Assembly: GCA_964554805.1 (NCBI GenBank)
Contig: CAZKPX010000001.1
Location: 48,245 to 112,244 of the forward strand
Source: an uncultured Candidatus Saccharibacteria bacterium
GTDB lineage: Bacteria > Patescibacteriota > CAZHWT01
Length of the DNA stretch: 64,000 nucleotides
Direction: 5' to 3'
Positions 1 to 8,699 of the stretch are shown one piece after another. Each line of letters opens with the position of its first letter. Position 1 is the stretch's first letter. Position numbers and translations under genes: made by a program. The notes beneath the pieces were generated by a model. That model was not told the DNA's origin. It was given only the letters and a program-made list of their open reading frames with translations, and did not search any database.

Positions 1-25
1 TCAAGGTTATGCGTATTTAGCTTTA

Positions 26-715
26 ATGTTAAATAAGAAGGCCGACTTTGTACTGGAATATAAAGAGAAGGTTGACAATTCACTCAAGCTAAATGAGGTC
101 GACTGGAGTGCAATTCGAATAATGTTTATTGCTTCACGCTTCACTACGCATCAACTAGGCGCGATTAATTTTAAAGATTTACCTATTGAATTGTGGGAAT
201 CACGATTATACGAGGGTAATATTCTTAGTCTTGAGCAGAAGTCTGCCGATTCAAACGCAGCATCAATTCGAACAATTGAACGTACCGGTGCAAATGCGCA
301 AACTAATGCAGTCCAGGCAGAGGTGAAAACCTATTCAATTAACGATGTGCTTCAGCCCGAAACGCCTTCAAAACTGATTTATGACGAGCTAATGGAAGCC
401 GTGCGATCGTTTGACTCTGACATTAGCGAGTATGCACGTAAAGGGTATATCGGCATAAAACTTCAATCTGATACACGCACCATATTTTTTATTAACCCAA
501 GAAGCAATGGAATTCGGATTGAATTAAATCACACTCAACCTTCAGATTTGGTCGATCCTGATAATAAAGTTACCTATGTCAACAGCAGCCTAGAGCACAA
601 AAATCGTCACATGAGCTACATGTTGCTAACTTCCCAAGAGGATATAGAATATGCTGTCTCGATCATGCGACAAGTCTATAAAAGACATACTACAAATTTA
701 AAGAATCAACATTAG
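26..715 (+). CDS. DUF5655-like domain protein, uncharacterized. The ORF is open to the window edge, so it may be 5'-truncated.
   Basis: 229-aa ORF. The C-terminal block (GYIGIKL..TIFFINPRSNGIRIELN..DLVDPDNKVTYVNSSLEHKNRHMSYMLLTSQEDIEYAVSIMRQVYK) resembles the DUF5655 fold as I recall it. The reading frame stays open upstream to position 2. Confidence 0.4.
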   Translation: MLNKKADFVLEYKEKVDNSLKLNEVDWSAIRIMFIASRFTTHQLGAINFKDLPIELWESRLYEGNILSLEQKSADSNAASIRTIERTGANAQTNAVQAEVKTYSINDVLQPETPSKLIYDELMEAVRSFDSDISEYARKGYIGIKLQSDTRTIFFINPRSNGIRIELNHTQPSDLVDPDNKVTYVNSSLEHKNRHMSYMLLTSQEDIEYAVSIMRQVYKRHTTNLKNQH

Positions 716-737
716 TTAGTTGTCTAAATGAGGTACC

Positions 738-1085
738 ATGTTTAGAAAAAAACCAAGAATATCATTTGAAGAGTACTCCAATTTACTCAACAAAGTAGAT
801 GCACTTTCACATGCAATTGAAGGAATGCGCAATGAATTAGATGGACTTCAGGCGGCGGAATATTACAAAAAACACCGAAATGTTATACCAATTGATAAAG
901 ATCCGCTTATAGATGCAGCCATTAAAATTGCCCTTGATTATGATAAAGTAAGCTCAGCTTTATTGCAGCGACGCTTAAAGATAGGATATGCGCGAGCTGC
1001 GCGTCTACTGGATTTACTAGAACAAAAGGGCATTATAGGTCCTGCTGATGGTTCAAAGCCGAGAGATGTATTAAGAAGAACCTAA
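738..1085 (+). CDS. Small protein with an FtsK gamma domain (KOPS-binding winged helix).
   Basis: The C-terminal motif SALLQRRLKIGYARAARLLDLLEQKGIIGPADGSKPRDVL matches the FtsK/SpoIIIE gamma domain consensus. It starts 23 nt after the previous gene. Confidence 0.65.
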   Translation: MFRKKPRISFEEYSNLLNKVDALSHAIEGMRNELDGLQAAEYYKKHRNVIPIDKDPLIDAAIKIALDYDKVSSALLQRRLKIGYARAARLLDLLEQKGIIGPADGSKPRDVLRRT

Positions 1086-1333
1086 CCGAAATACTCTTAA
1101 AAGTGTCTCATTTGTCGCATTTACTAGAGATTAAATGTTTGCGACTATAACGATTGAAAGATTCTGTACCGCTACGCTTTAAACTGTTTATAGGCTATCA
1201 GGGATCTATCGAACCGCAACTGCGGTTATAGCGACGTGAGTCATCAGTATCGGTACGCTCAGCCAAGCAAAGCCCAACCATTTATGGTCGGGTTTTTGCT
1301 ATTGTGCACTTTTACGTTTGTAAATCTCAGAGC

Positions 1334-2527
1334 TTATTTTCGGGGGTTGAGACGGCGGCGGGTGGTGGGATTGAGGATGAGGCCGATAAGTGCCATTGCC
1401 AGGCCGAGAATCCCGGTCGAGAGCAATATAGTGCCGGTGTCGGGTAGCGGTCCGTTGGGGTCTGGTGTTGGGGTTGGAGTTGGAGTGGTGGCGGCGGCCA
1501 GGACGGCTGGGCCAACTGGGTCAACAATGTCTCCGTCAGCGCTGCCATCTGCATCCAAAGGGCCGCCATCAACTAATTCATAGGTCAGGGTAGTGACCTG
1601 GTGGCCGCCGATGGTGGCGGTGGCTATATCGGCGTCTTCAATTGAGCTGTAGGTTGAGTTGATGAATTTGCGAATCTGCCAACTGCTGGTATCGTATGCT
1701 TGGTCATAATAAATAGTGATCTGAGCCGCATCGCCAGGGTTGTCGCAGATTAGTTTAAAATCAACTAGCCCGACTGGATAGATTAATGATCCGTCCTGGT
1801 GGCTTAGGTCATCAGCAGCCACCACCGACACATCAGATAATTGTCTACAATCTCCTTCAGCTTCCAAGGTGATATAGGCACCTCCGCCGACCACCGGGTT
1901 GGGTAGACTGGTTACTGAAGTCTGGTCAGCGTCGGCTATACCGTCACCATTGCCATCGCCGTTATTGGGGCCGGCATTTTCAACAGCACTATCAACCCCA
2001 TCGCCATCAGTATCGGCGGAAACGGTTCGGAAATTCCAGGAGCTAGGATTGCTCATACCGGGAAAGTAGGCAGTGTCTTGATCGGCAAAGGCGGTATCGG
2101 TAATCAAGATGTAGTAGTCGGTGCTTGGGTTAAGATTGGCAGTAGGGTTGATGGTTATAGTAGCTGTGCCCTGGCCGCTGACTCGAGGGCCATTGGCAGT
2201 CAAGGTCTCAACCGTGCTGTCATCGGCGGCTTTTTTAATAGTAATGGTGCCGCTGTGGCCGGTTACCGCGCGGCTAAAGTGGATGATTAAGTTGGAGTCA
2301 AGGGCCACATTGACGGAGTTGTCAGCCGGAGTCAGGCTGTTGGCGGCTGGCTGCTCCGTTGTGGCCAGAGTGAATAAGCCCCCGGCTCCAAAATCCACCG
2401 TATTTTTCCAGATATTGCCGCCCTGATCGGTTAAGGCTGTCGGAGACTCATCGCTCAAGCTGCCATCGTTATCGGTGTCATAAATGAAGTAATACTGTCC
2501 GTCACCCAAGGCTGCTGGAATGTTCAT
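1334..2527 (-). CDS. C-terminal fragment of the surface protein: Ig-like repeats, Thr/Pro linker and LPXTG sortase anchor.
   Basis: Ends ...TPTPTPTPDPNGPLPDTGTILLSTGILGLAMALIGLILNPTTRRRLNPRK. This is LPXTG, a hydrophobic segment and a basic tail. Upstream, the frame continues through the TAA into ORF 2678..3046. Confidence 0.55.
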   Translation of the reverse strand: MNIPAALGDGQYYFIYDTDNDGSLSDESPTALTDQGGNIWKNTVDFGAGGLFTLATTEQPAANSLTPADNSVNVALDSNLIIHFSRAVTGHSGTITIKKAADDSTVETLTANGPRVSGQGTATITINPTANLNPSTDYYILITDTAFADQDTAYFPGMSNPSSWNFRTVSADTDGDGVDSAVENAGPNNGDGNGDGIADADQTSVTSLPNPVVGGGAYITLEAEGDCRQLSDVSVVAADDLSHQDGSLIYPVGLVDFKLICDNPGDAAQITIYYDQAYDTSSWQIRKFINSTYSSIEDADIATATIGGHQVTTLTYELVDGGPLDADGSADGDIVDPVGPAVLAAATTPTPTPTPDPNGPLPDTGTILLSTGILGLAMALIGLILNPTTRRRLNPRK

Positions 2528-2677
2528 ATCTGAGTCATTAACATCGAAGCTGAGGTGAACTGGTCCTACGTCGCCCTGCTCTTGTTTGTTCCATTTGCGC
2601 TCGAGAATACTGTAACCAGCGGGTGCTCCGGTGCCGGTCCAAGCAGCGTTGCCATTGTTGTCACCAATGACCAGGAA

Positions 2678-3046
2678 TTACAGGTCCTGAATATCGTGCC
2701 AGTCCGGGTGACCATTGCTGCCTTCAGTATCAGCCTCGATTGTAATCATGTTGGTGGCTGTCTGGCCCAAGGATTTGACTTGAGCCAAATTGGAAGCGTC
2801 GTCCCGGCCAATGCCAAACAAACCATTATTATAAGTGCTGGCCCCTGCCGCATCCTTGTCCCACATCAGATGGCTGCCACTAGCCAGATAGCTTTGAGGA
2901 GTGGATTGATCCAGGCTAAAGCCGTACTTTAGGGCCAGATAAGAATTGACTCGTTGACGCTCAATGGGGTCTAAAAACCGGTTATAAATGATAATTTTCG
3001 GAAATTTTGCCATTCCAATGTTCATACTCGCCTGATTGTGAGCCAA
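2678..3046 (-). CDS. Middle fragment of the surface protein (LamG C-terminal motif).
   Basis: FPKIIIYNRFLDPIERQRVNSYLALKYGFSLD resembles the LamG/concanavalin-like domain C-terminus. It is in the same frame as ORF 1334..2527. Confidence 0.45.
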   Translation of the reverse strand: MAHNQASMNIGMAKFPKIIIYNRFLDPIERQRVNSYLALKYGFSLDQSTPQSYLASGSHLMWDKDAAGASTYNNGLFGIGRDDASNLAQVKSLGQTATNMITIEADTEGSNGHPDWHDIQDL

Positions 3047-3740
3047 TCCGAATGCTGCCGTCCAAAAGTGTATCTAATGATTGGCCGTAAGCGGTAAATG
3101 TGCCGCCGTTGAGGGCTAGCTTGAGGGTGCCGTCTTCAACTGCACCATTGGCTAGCCTGGCACTGCCGGCCGGCAGCCAACTGCCGCTGCTGACGTACTG
3201 GTCTCCACCGACAACTAAGACTCCTGTTCCGGTGCCGCCCTGTGTGCCAAAGTCAAAGCTGTGATTGGCATTCTGCCATGATCCGTAACCAAATACGTAA
3301 CTCCAGCCGGATGGATCGTCATTAGAGGCGACCACAAAAATAGAGCGGTCACTGGTGCTGGCTGGCAGATTTGTATCAACGGCCTCATAGCGATTATTGG
3401 GATTGAACTGTAGGGCAGGATTGAAGTTTAGGCCGTCATGACTGAAGATGGCTCCTTGGGCCGTTTCTTGGGCGGCATTCCGTTGAGCGTTGGACTGGTC
3501 TTCCCAGGAAGCCACTTGCTGACCGTTGGTTGCCGCTGCACCTCCGCTTGCTTTGGCCCCGTGATCTGCGCTCAGCCACAGCTGTAGCCCAGAGGTGACT
3601 CCAGCCGGCCCGATTGTATCCGCTTCGACCTTACTAAAGTCCAGGACTGATAATTTGCTCAAGCAGGCCACGATCAGCAAGCTGCTGGCAAGAGAGACAA
3701 TCAGCACTAACAGGCGCGATGATTTCAAAGACGATTGCAT
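2982..3740 (-). CDS. N-terminal fragment of the surface protein (signal peptide and start of a LamG-like domain).
   Basis: Hydrophobic N-terminal signal sequence and a Gly/Ser-rich beta-rich domain. It ends within the LamG C-terminal motif because of the frameshift. Confidence 0.5.
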   Translation of the reverse strand: MQSSLKSSRLLVLIVSLASSLLIVACLSKLSVLDFSKVEADTIGPAGVTSGLQLWLSADHGAKASGGAAATNGQQVASWEDQSNAQRNAAQETAQGAIFSHDGLNFNPALQFNPNNRYEAVDTNLPASTSDRSIFVVASNDDPSGWSYVFGYGSWQNANHSFDFGTQGGTGTGVLVVGGDQYVSSGSWLPAGSARLANGAVEDGTLKLALNGGTFTAYGQSLDTLLDGSIRIGSQSGEYEHWNGKISENYHL

Positions 3741-4002
3741 AGTCTTTATTATTACAGTAAATCAGAGAACAGGCAAGCAAGGGATGGTGGGATTTTCGTT
3801 GTTTGGATAGCTAGTCTGACTGGAACGACTGAGAGGACCATAAAACTTTGAGCAACGATTCAATTAGTCTGAACTCGGAGCCTGAGTAAAGTGAGGTGCT
3901 AGGCATTGCTAACCACAGCGTCGTGTGAAGGACTTTTTTAAATCCTGACACTTAGGTTTCGTAGCCATGATTGGCTGATTTCCCTTTTGATATAATTAGA
4001 CA

Positions 4003-4386
4003 ATGTCCTCAGAAATATTTGACTTTAAAAAAGACGAATATCTTACAGCAAGAGGCGGAAAGCCTCATTTTTTAAATATCTACTGCGACCATTGCGGCAG
4101 TCATATACTTTTATACCAGAAAGATAATCCCGGTAAGCTAAAGCGGCTCTATCTGGACAGAATACTTTCTCCTCAAACTCTTACTGAATTAAACCAGCTG
4201 CCTATACATCAAATTTCTCAACTAAGATGTCACAGCTGCAATAGACTACTTGCTGTAGTCGAGGAATACGATAATGAGCCTCGCAAGGTATATCTACTGC
4301 TCAGCTTTGCCACAATAAATAAAGTTGCAAAAGGCGTCTATCCGCCTATAATACCGAAGCTTGATCTGAGCTCTAAAAAGAAGTAG
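4003..4386 (+). CDS. Small zinc-ribbon protein (CxxC...CxxC), uncharacterized.
   Basis: 127 aa with CDHCGS ... CHSCN cysteine pairs. Confidence 0.4.
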   Translation: MSSEIFDFKKDEYLTARGGKPHFLNIYCDHCGSHILLYQKDNPGKLKRLYLDRILSPQTLTELNQLPIHQISQLRCHSCNRLLAVVEEYDNEPRKVYLLLSFATINKVAKGVYPPIIPKLDLSSKKK

Positions 4387-4473
4387 CCAACGAGTCTTGC
4401 CAGCTTATGGTAATTATTGGAAATGGGCTGCAATGATTTAAGCCGGTTACATAGTTTTACTCTAATACTATCT

Positions 4474-4980
4474 TTAACGGCCTAATTGGAGTCGAATATC
4501 GCTAGTGAATAAGAGTCCGAGCAATGCGATGAGGATTAGGAGGAGGATGGTGCCTGCTATGATGATGAACTTATCTAGTTTTTGTGGGTCTATGTTTCTA
4601 CTACTAAAATCGTAGAATAGTATGCCCATCAGTCCGCCGAAAGTATTGGTGATGACATCGGTGATGTCGGTTCTGCCGATGCCGAAGATCAGTTGGATGA
4701 CTTCTGCTGTTAGGCTGAAGGTAAAAATAATGGCCAACCTTTGCCAAAGACTCATTTGCTTGAGACTGATACTTAAGAATAGGCCAAAGGGAATGAAGAC
4801 AACAAAGTTGTAGAGAGTTTCTCTGAGATTGACAAAGGAAACATAGGCAAATGGGGTAAGGTTGAGAACCCGGACTGGATAATCAAAGGCTGCGAATAGA
4901 TCAAATGAGAATTTGAACAAAATTAACCAAAGTAGGATTAGTAAATATACGATTAATACCGCTATCGATAAACGCTTCAC
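4474..4980 (-). CDS. VanZ-like family membrane protein.
   Basis: Multi-TM protein with VanZ-type motifs (IPFG...E.IQ...GR..D..D...N..GG). Confidence 0.55.
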   Translation of the reverse strand: MKRLSIAVLIVYLLILLWLILFKFSFDLFAAFDYPVRVLNLTPFAYVSFVNLRETLYNFVVFIPFGLFLSISLKQMSLWQRLAIIFTFSLTAEVIQLIFGIGRTDITDVITNTFGGLMGILFYDFSSRNIDPQKLDKFIIIAGTILLLILIALLGLLFTSDIRLQLGR

Positions 4981-5160
4981 GAGTGATACCTCTGGCAGTA
5001 TTTTAACAACTTTAGAGGATGTTTGCTGGGGTAGTTCAGCATCGAGTTAGCTTGATAAACACGTCTTTACCCTTTTATAAAAAGCGGTTGGCCATGAAAA
5101 AGTACCTGTACTAGCATGGTCAGGCATTTGAGCGAGGTGCGTGTTGGAATCAAATTCTAA

Positions 5161-5517
5161 CTAAGCTTGACGGAGAATCTTATCCATGGCTCGACCTCTG
5201 GCTAGTTCGTCGACTAGTTTGTCGAGATAGCGGATTTGGCGCATGAGGTCGTCTTCGATGTCTTCGATTTGGACACCGCAAATTTTGCCGGTGATGAGAG
5301 TGCGGTTGGGATTGGGGTGTGGGGCTTGGGTAAAGAAGGTTTGGAAGTCGGTTCCGTTTTTTAGATGAGTTTCTAATTGTGGTTGGGTATAGCCGGTCAA
5401 CCAGCGGATGACCTGGTCAAGTTCTGCCTGACCATAGCCGCCTTTTTGGGCTTTGGGAATATAGAACTTATAGACGCTGGCAACGCTCATGGCATAGACT
5501 CGTTGAGTGTTGGTCAT
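5161..5517 (-). CDS. DUF2200-like small protein.
   Basis: 118 aa. The N-terminus (RVYAMSVASVYKFYIPKAQKGGYGQAELDQVIRWLTGY) resembles the DUF2200 family. Confidence 0.45.
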   Translation of the reverse strand: MTNTQRVYAMSVASVYKFYIPKAQKGGYGQAELDQVIRWLTGYTQPQLETHLKNGTDFQTFFTQAPHPNPNRTLITGKICGVQIEDIEDDLMRQIRYLDKLVDELARGRAMDKILRQA

Positions 5518-5599
5518 AGGAATTCCTCTATTTCAAATTTTGATTATTGTAGCACGTAGACTTTGTTTGTGGTGCATGCCATACTGCTAAAAACCGTCG

Positions 5600-5628
5600 T
5601 TGAATTAAACATTCATACTGCCTATTGT
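5600..5628 (+). promoter_or_regulatory. Candidate sigma70 promoter (TTGAAT-17-TATTGT) for a plus-strand transcript in the divergent region.
   Basis: TTGAAT at 5600-5605, TATTGT at 5623-5628, and a second extended -10 TGtTATAAA near 5645-5654. Confidence 0.3.
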
Positions 5629-5659
5629 CACCGGAATGGGTTTAATGTTATAAATTTAA

Positions 5660-5910
5660 TTACCCCCTAGGCACCACAATCTGCACGAGACATTGTTGGA
5701 TACTGTCTCAGAGAGATACAGATTAAGGGAGGTAACCAGCCAAGCGCTGGTCCGCACAAAGTACAGGAGCGACCACCCTGCTACCTTAGGCTCTGATCGT
5801 TCACAGTATTTAACTGTGACAGAGAGTATGTTGGCGCAGTGCCTGTGCATGCATACAAACCCATTTCAAGGGGAGATTCTGTGACCGGACTCTCCCCTGC
5901 CCCTCTTTTT
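5660..5910 (+). ncRNA. Candidate structured leader or small RNA ending in an intrinsic terminator. Family unknown.
   Basis: About 250 nt of GC-richer non-coding sequence between divergent genes. It carries repeated CAGAGAG-containing hairpins and ends in the 5870-5910 terminator, immediately upstream of the NUDIX SD. Confidence 0.2.
5870..5910 (+). terminator. Rho-independent terminator or attenuator hairpin upstream of the NUDIX gene.
   Basis: Stem GGGGAGA/TCTCCCC (5870-5876 / 5891-5897), then TGCCCCTCTTTTT. Confidence 0.4.
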
Positions 5911-5937
5911 CAGCAAACTACTTTTAGGAAAAAACTT

Positions 5938-6345
5938 ATGCCAACAATTCGAACTAGAGCTGCCGTGGGTTGCAAGGGTTTTATTTTTAATACATCAGGA
6001 CAGCTGCTTTTGGTTAAGAAGCAATCACGACCGAATCGAGTTGGTCATTGGGATATTCCAGGTGGCGGGCTGGAGGTTGGTGAGCAACCAGGTCAAGGGC
6101 TTGTTCGCGAAATCATGGAAGAGACAGGACTGAGCTTGAATAGTTTTGAATTGCTAGATGTTATTAGCGATACCACTAAGCGGGGCTTTAGTGTATATAT
6201 CTTGTTTCGCGGAGTTTGCCAGGATGCCGAAGTACAATTGAGTCATGAGCATGAAGATTATGCGTGGATTGATGTGGCAGATATCCGTCAGTATCGACTG
6301 AAGCGACGATATCATGCAGCTATAAAAAGTCTGGCTGCGAATTAA
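5938..6345 (+). CDS. NUDIX hydrolase.
   Basis: Nudix box GGGLEVGEQPGQGLVREIMEETGL. Start chosen at ATG 5938 with the AGGAAAAAA SD. The longer track ORF from 5839 would overlap the terminator hairpin. Confidence 0.7.
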   Translation: MPTIRTRAAVGCKGFIFNTSGQLLLVKKQSRPNRVGHWDIPGGGLEVGEQPGQGLVREIMEETGLSLNSFELLDVISDTTKRGFSVYILFRGVCQDAEVQLSHEHEDYAWIDVADIRQYRLKRRYHAAIKSLAAN

Positions 6346-6347
6346 TA

Positions 6348-6815
6348 ATGTTAATTTACCTAGCTGGTCCTCTTTTTTCTGAGGCTGAGAGAGCTTTCAA
6401 TTTCGGTTTATGCCATCGACTTGAAGCCGCCGGCTTGTCGGTGTTCTTGCCTCAAAGGGATGGAGTTGAGCGTGATAAGCCTGAATACAAGGATCTGCCG
6501 AAGGAAGAAAAGCGGCGGATGTTGTTTGATTTAGATACTGTCAAAGTTATTGAATCGGATATCTTTTTGTTTATCCTCGACGGGCGTGTGCCTGATGAAG
6601 GAGCTTGTGTTGAACTTGGCTTAGCGTACGGTGACAAGAGATTTAATAAGCCCGAAAAGATGCTCATTGGCTTGATGACTGATAGTCAAGCTGCTTTTGT
6701 GGGTGGAAAATTAAACCCAATGATTGGTCAGGCGTTACATCAAATTTTTGATACCTGTGACGACTTAGTTACTTTTTTAGTAGATTCTATTGGCAAGGAC
6801 AATCCTGTCGACTAA
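6348..6815 (+). CDS. Nucleoside 2-deoxyribosyltransferase-like protein.
   Basis: N-terminus MLIYLAGPLFSEAER, typical of the PF05014 family. It lies 2 nt after NUDIX. Confidence 0.6.
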   Translation: MLIYLAGPLFSEAERAFNFGLCHRLEAAGLSVFLPQRDGVERDKPEYKDLPKEEKRRMLFDLDTVKVIESDIFLFILDGRVPDEGACVELGLAYGDKRFNKPEKMLIGLMTDSQAAFVGGKLNPMIGQALHQIFDTCDDLVTFLVDSIGKDNPVD

Positions 6816-6844
6816 TCGCGTCATAGGTCTGATATGATTGAGGT

Positions 6845-7360
6845 ATGAGTACTTTGCGTCTATTTATAACGATGGGGTTTCCTGGGTCAGGCAAGACTTA
6901 TTTTTCTAGTCGATATGCAAAACAGGAAGGATTGTTTCATTTAAACTCTGATCGAATGCGGTTGGAGATGTTTGATCACCCAACTTATCAACCAGAGGAA
7001 CATCGACAGGTGTTTCGCGTAATGGATTATGTAGCCGAAGAGCTATTATCTCAGAAGATGAGTGTTATGTACGATGCAAACCTTAATAAGGTTATTCATC
7101 GTCAGAAAGCTAGAGATCTTGCTAATACATGTGGCGCCGAGGTGATTTTGTTGTGGTTTAAAACTCCAGTTGAAGTGGCGCTGGAGAGAATTGCTCGGCG
7201 AGGTGATGGTCAGGATAAATATTATCGCAAGGTATCACCAGAGGTGCTTTATCGCATGAAAGATCAACTAGAAGAGCCTCAGGATGAGCCGCATATCGTT
7301 ATTGATGGGACGGCTGATTACGATACTCAGTATAAACAACTACAAAGAGGCATTGCATGA
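6845..7360 (+). CDS. P-loop kinase, AAA_33 / zeta-toxin-like ATP-binding protein.
   Basis: Walker A GFPGSGKT close to the N-terminus. Length 171 aa. Confidence 0.55.
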   Translation: MSTLRLFITMGFPGSGKTYFSSRYAKQEGLFHLNSDRMRLEMFDHPTYQPEEHRQVFRVMDYVAEELLSQKMSVMYDANLNKVIHRQKARDLANTCGAEVILLWFKTPVEVALERIARRGDGQDKYYRKVSPEVLYRMKDQLEEPQDEPHIVIDGTADYDTQYKQLQRGIA

Positions 7361-7689
7361 TTTCGTATGACGACTTTACTAGATTGGATATACGATTAGG
7401 TCGGATCGTTGAGGTTGCTGATTTTGCTGAGGCTCGCAAACCGGCTTACAAGTTGGTGATTGATTTTGGCGCAGAAATTGGATTAAAAAAATCGTCGGCT
7501 CAGTTGCCCAGCAACTACACTAAAGACGAGCTGGTTGATAAATTGGTTCTGGCAGTGGTTAATTTTGAGCCACGGCAGATTGGCCCGTTTATGTCGGAGG
7601 TTTTGACCTTGGGTGTTCCGGCTGAGGAGGGTGAATGCGTCTTGATTACGGCTGATAAACAGGCGCCCGTGGGAGGAAAGCTGTACTGA
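7357..7689 (+). CDS. tRNA-binding domain protein (CsaA/Myf-like).
   Basis: 110 aa with an OB-fold tRNA-binding motif (LDIRLGRIVEVADF...KLVIDFG...VVNFEPRQIG). It overlaps neighbours by 4 nt and 1 nt, consistent with an operon. Confidence 0.6.
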   Translation: MISYDDFTRLDIRLGRIVEVADFAEARKPAYKLVIDFGAEIGLKKSSAQLPSNYTKDELVDKLVLAVVNFEPRQIGPFMSEVLTLGVPAEEGECVLITADKQAPVGGKLY

Positions 7690-8699
7690 TGTCTAAAGCG
7701 AAAGTCGGTGTTATTGTGGCCCAAGTTGGGACACCCGAAGATACCAGCATCCCTGGCCTGCGTCGATATTTGAAGGCGTTTTTGTCTGATGAGCGGATTA
7801 TGGATTTGCCTCGGTGGTATTGGTTGCCAATTTTGCATGGCTTGGTGTTGCCGCATCGACCACGGCAAATTGCTCATCATTACAAGGATATTTGGACCAA
7901 GAAGGGCTCTCCTCTGCTTGTCCACTCACTGGCTCAAGTGAAAGGGTTGCAGGAGAAATTGGGCTGTGATTTTCAGGTTGAGCTGGGACTAGCTTATTCA
8001 AAGCCTAGCATGAAGCAGGCTATGCAAAAGCTGGAAGCGGCTGGAATTACCAGAATTGTGGTTCTACCGATGTTTCCCCAATTCTCTACCACCACGACCG
8101 CCTCTATCTATGATGAAGTGATGTTTTATGCTTTGGGACGCGAAAGGCGTACAGGTAAACCGATTAAGAAGTACGTGCCGAGCCTGCGGTTTATTGCCCC
8201 TTATTTTGATGATCCTGACTATATCTCAATGTTGGGGCGAGATGTGGCTGGTAAATTGAAAGCGCTGCCCCATAAGCCAGATACAATCCTGATCAGTTTT
8301 CATGGTATTCCTAAGCGATATGTTGACGAAGGTGACCCGTATCCGGAGCATTGTCGCACAACTGCGGATTTGCTGGCTCACGAACTGGGCTGGGGTGATA
8401 GTGATTATCAGATGACCTATCAGTCTCGATTTGGTCGAGAGGAATGGCTGCAACCGTATACGCAAACAGTGCTGCCAGCGTTGGCTGAGAAGGGTGTTAA
8501 GCGGGTAGCTATTGTGTCGCCCGGTTTTACGACTGACTGTCTAGAAACTATTCATGAGTTAGGCATTGAAGGAGCTGAACTTTTTGCTGAAGGTGGCGGC
8601 AGGGCTGATCAGGTTTACCACATATCTTGTTTAAATAGCAGTCCCGCTTGGGTAGAATACATGAATAGACTCGTGAGGAATAATGCCCAAGGCTGGTAA
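7689..8699 (+). CDS. hemH: Ferrochelatase.
   Basis: Strong ferrochelatase motifs throughout (VGTPEDTSIPGLRRYLKAFLSDERI ... QSRFGREEWLQPYT ... SPGFTTDCLET). Confidence 0.8.
   Translation: MSKAKVGVIVAQVGTPEDTSIPGLRRYLKAFLSDERIMDLPRWYWLPILHGLVLPHRPRQIAHHYKDIWTKKGSPLLVHSLAQVKGLQEKLGCDFQVELGLAYSKPSMKQAMQKLEAAGITRIVVLPMFPQFSTTTTASIYDEVMFYALGRERRTGKPIKKYVPSLRFIAPYFDDPDYISMLGRDVAGKLKALPHKPDTILISFHGIPKRYVDEGDPYPEHCRTTADLLAHELGWGDSDYQMTYQSRFGREEWLQPYTQTVLPALAEKGVKRVAIVSPGFTTDCLETIHELGIEGAELFAEGGGRADQVYHISCLNSSPAWVEYMNRLVRNNAQGW

Larger units (their letters stand above)
1334..3740 (-). pseudogene. Large LPXTG-anchored surface protein with LamG-like and Ig-like modules, split into three ORFs. There is a frameshift near 2982-3046 and an in-frame TAA at 2678-2680.
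   Basis: A signal peptide sits at 3740 (MQSSLKSSRLLVLIVSLASSLLIVA). The LamG C-terminal motif is split across frames (..EHWNGKI | IIYNRFLDPIERQRVNSYLALKYG). ORFs 2678..3046 and 1334..2527 share one frame and are separated only by the TAA. The C-terminus ends LPDTG + TM + RRRLNPRK. Confidence 0.6.

Noticed and set aside
1236-2426. Plus-strand ORFs 1236..1583, 2078..2290 and 2121..2426.
   Set aside because: They are antisense to the LPXTG surface-protein gene and have Gly/Val-rich repeat-derived composition, which makes them frame artefacts.
5660-5910. SRP RNA (ffs) or tmRNA at the structured non-coding element.
   Set aside because: No helix-8 GGAAGGAAGCAGCC-type motif and no tRNA-like 3' end. 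It is kept only as a candidate RNA of unknown family.
5839-5937. Long N-terminal extension of the NUDIX ORF (track start 5839).
   Set aside because: The extension spans a GC hairpin with a T-tract terminator and has no SD. ATG 5938 has a good SD and aligns with the Nudix fold start.
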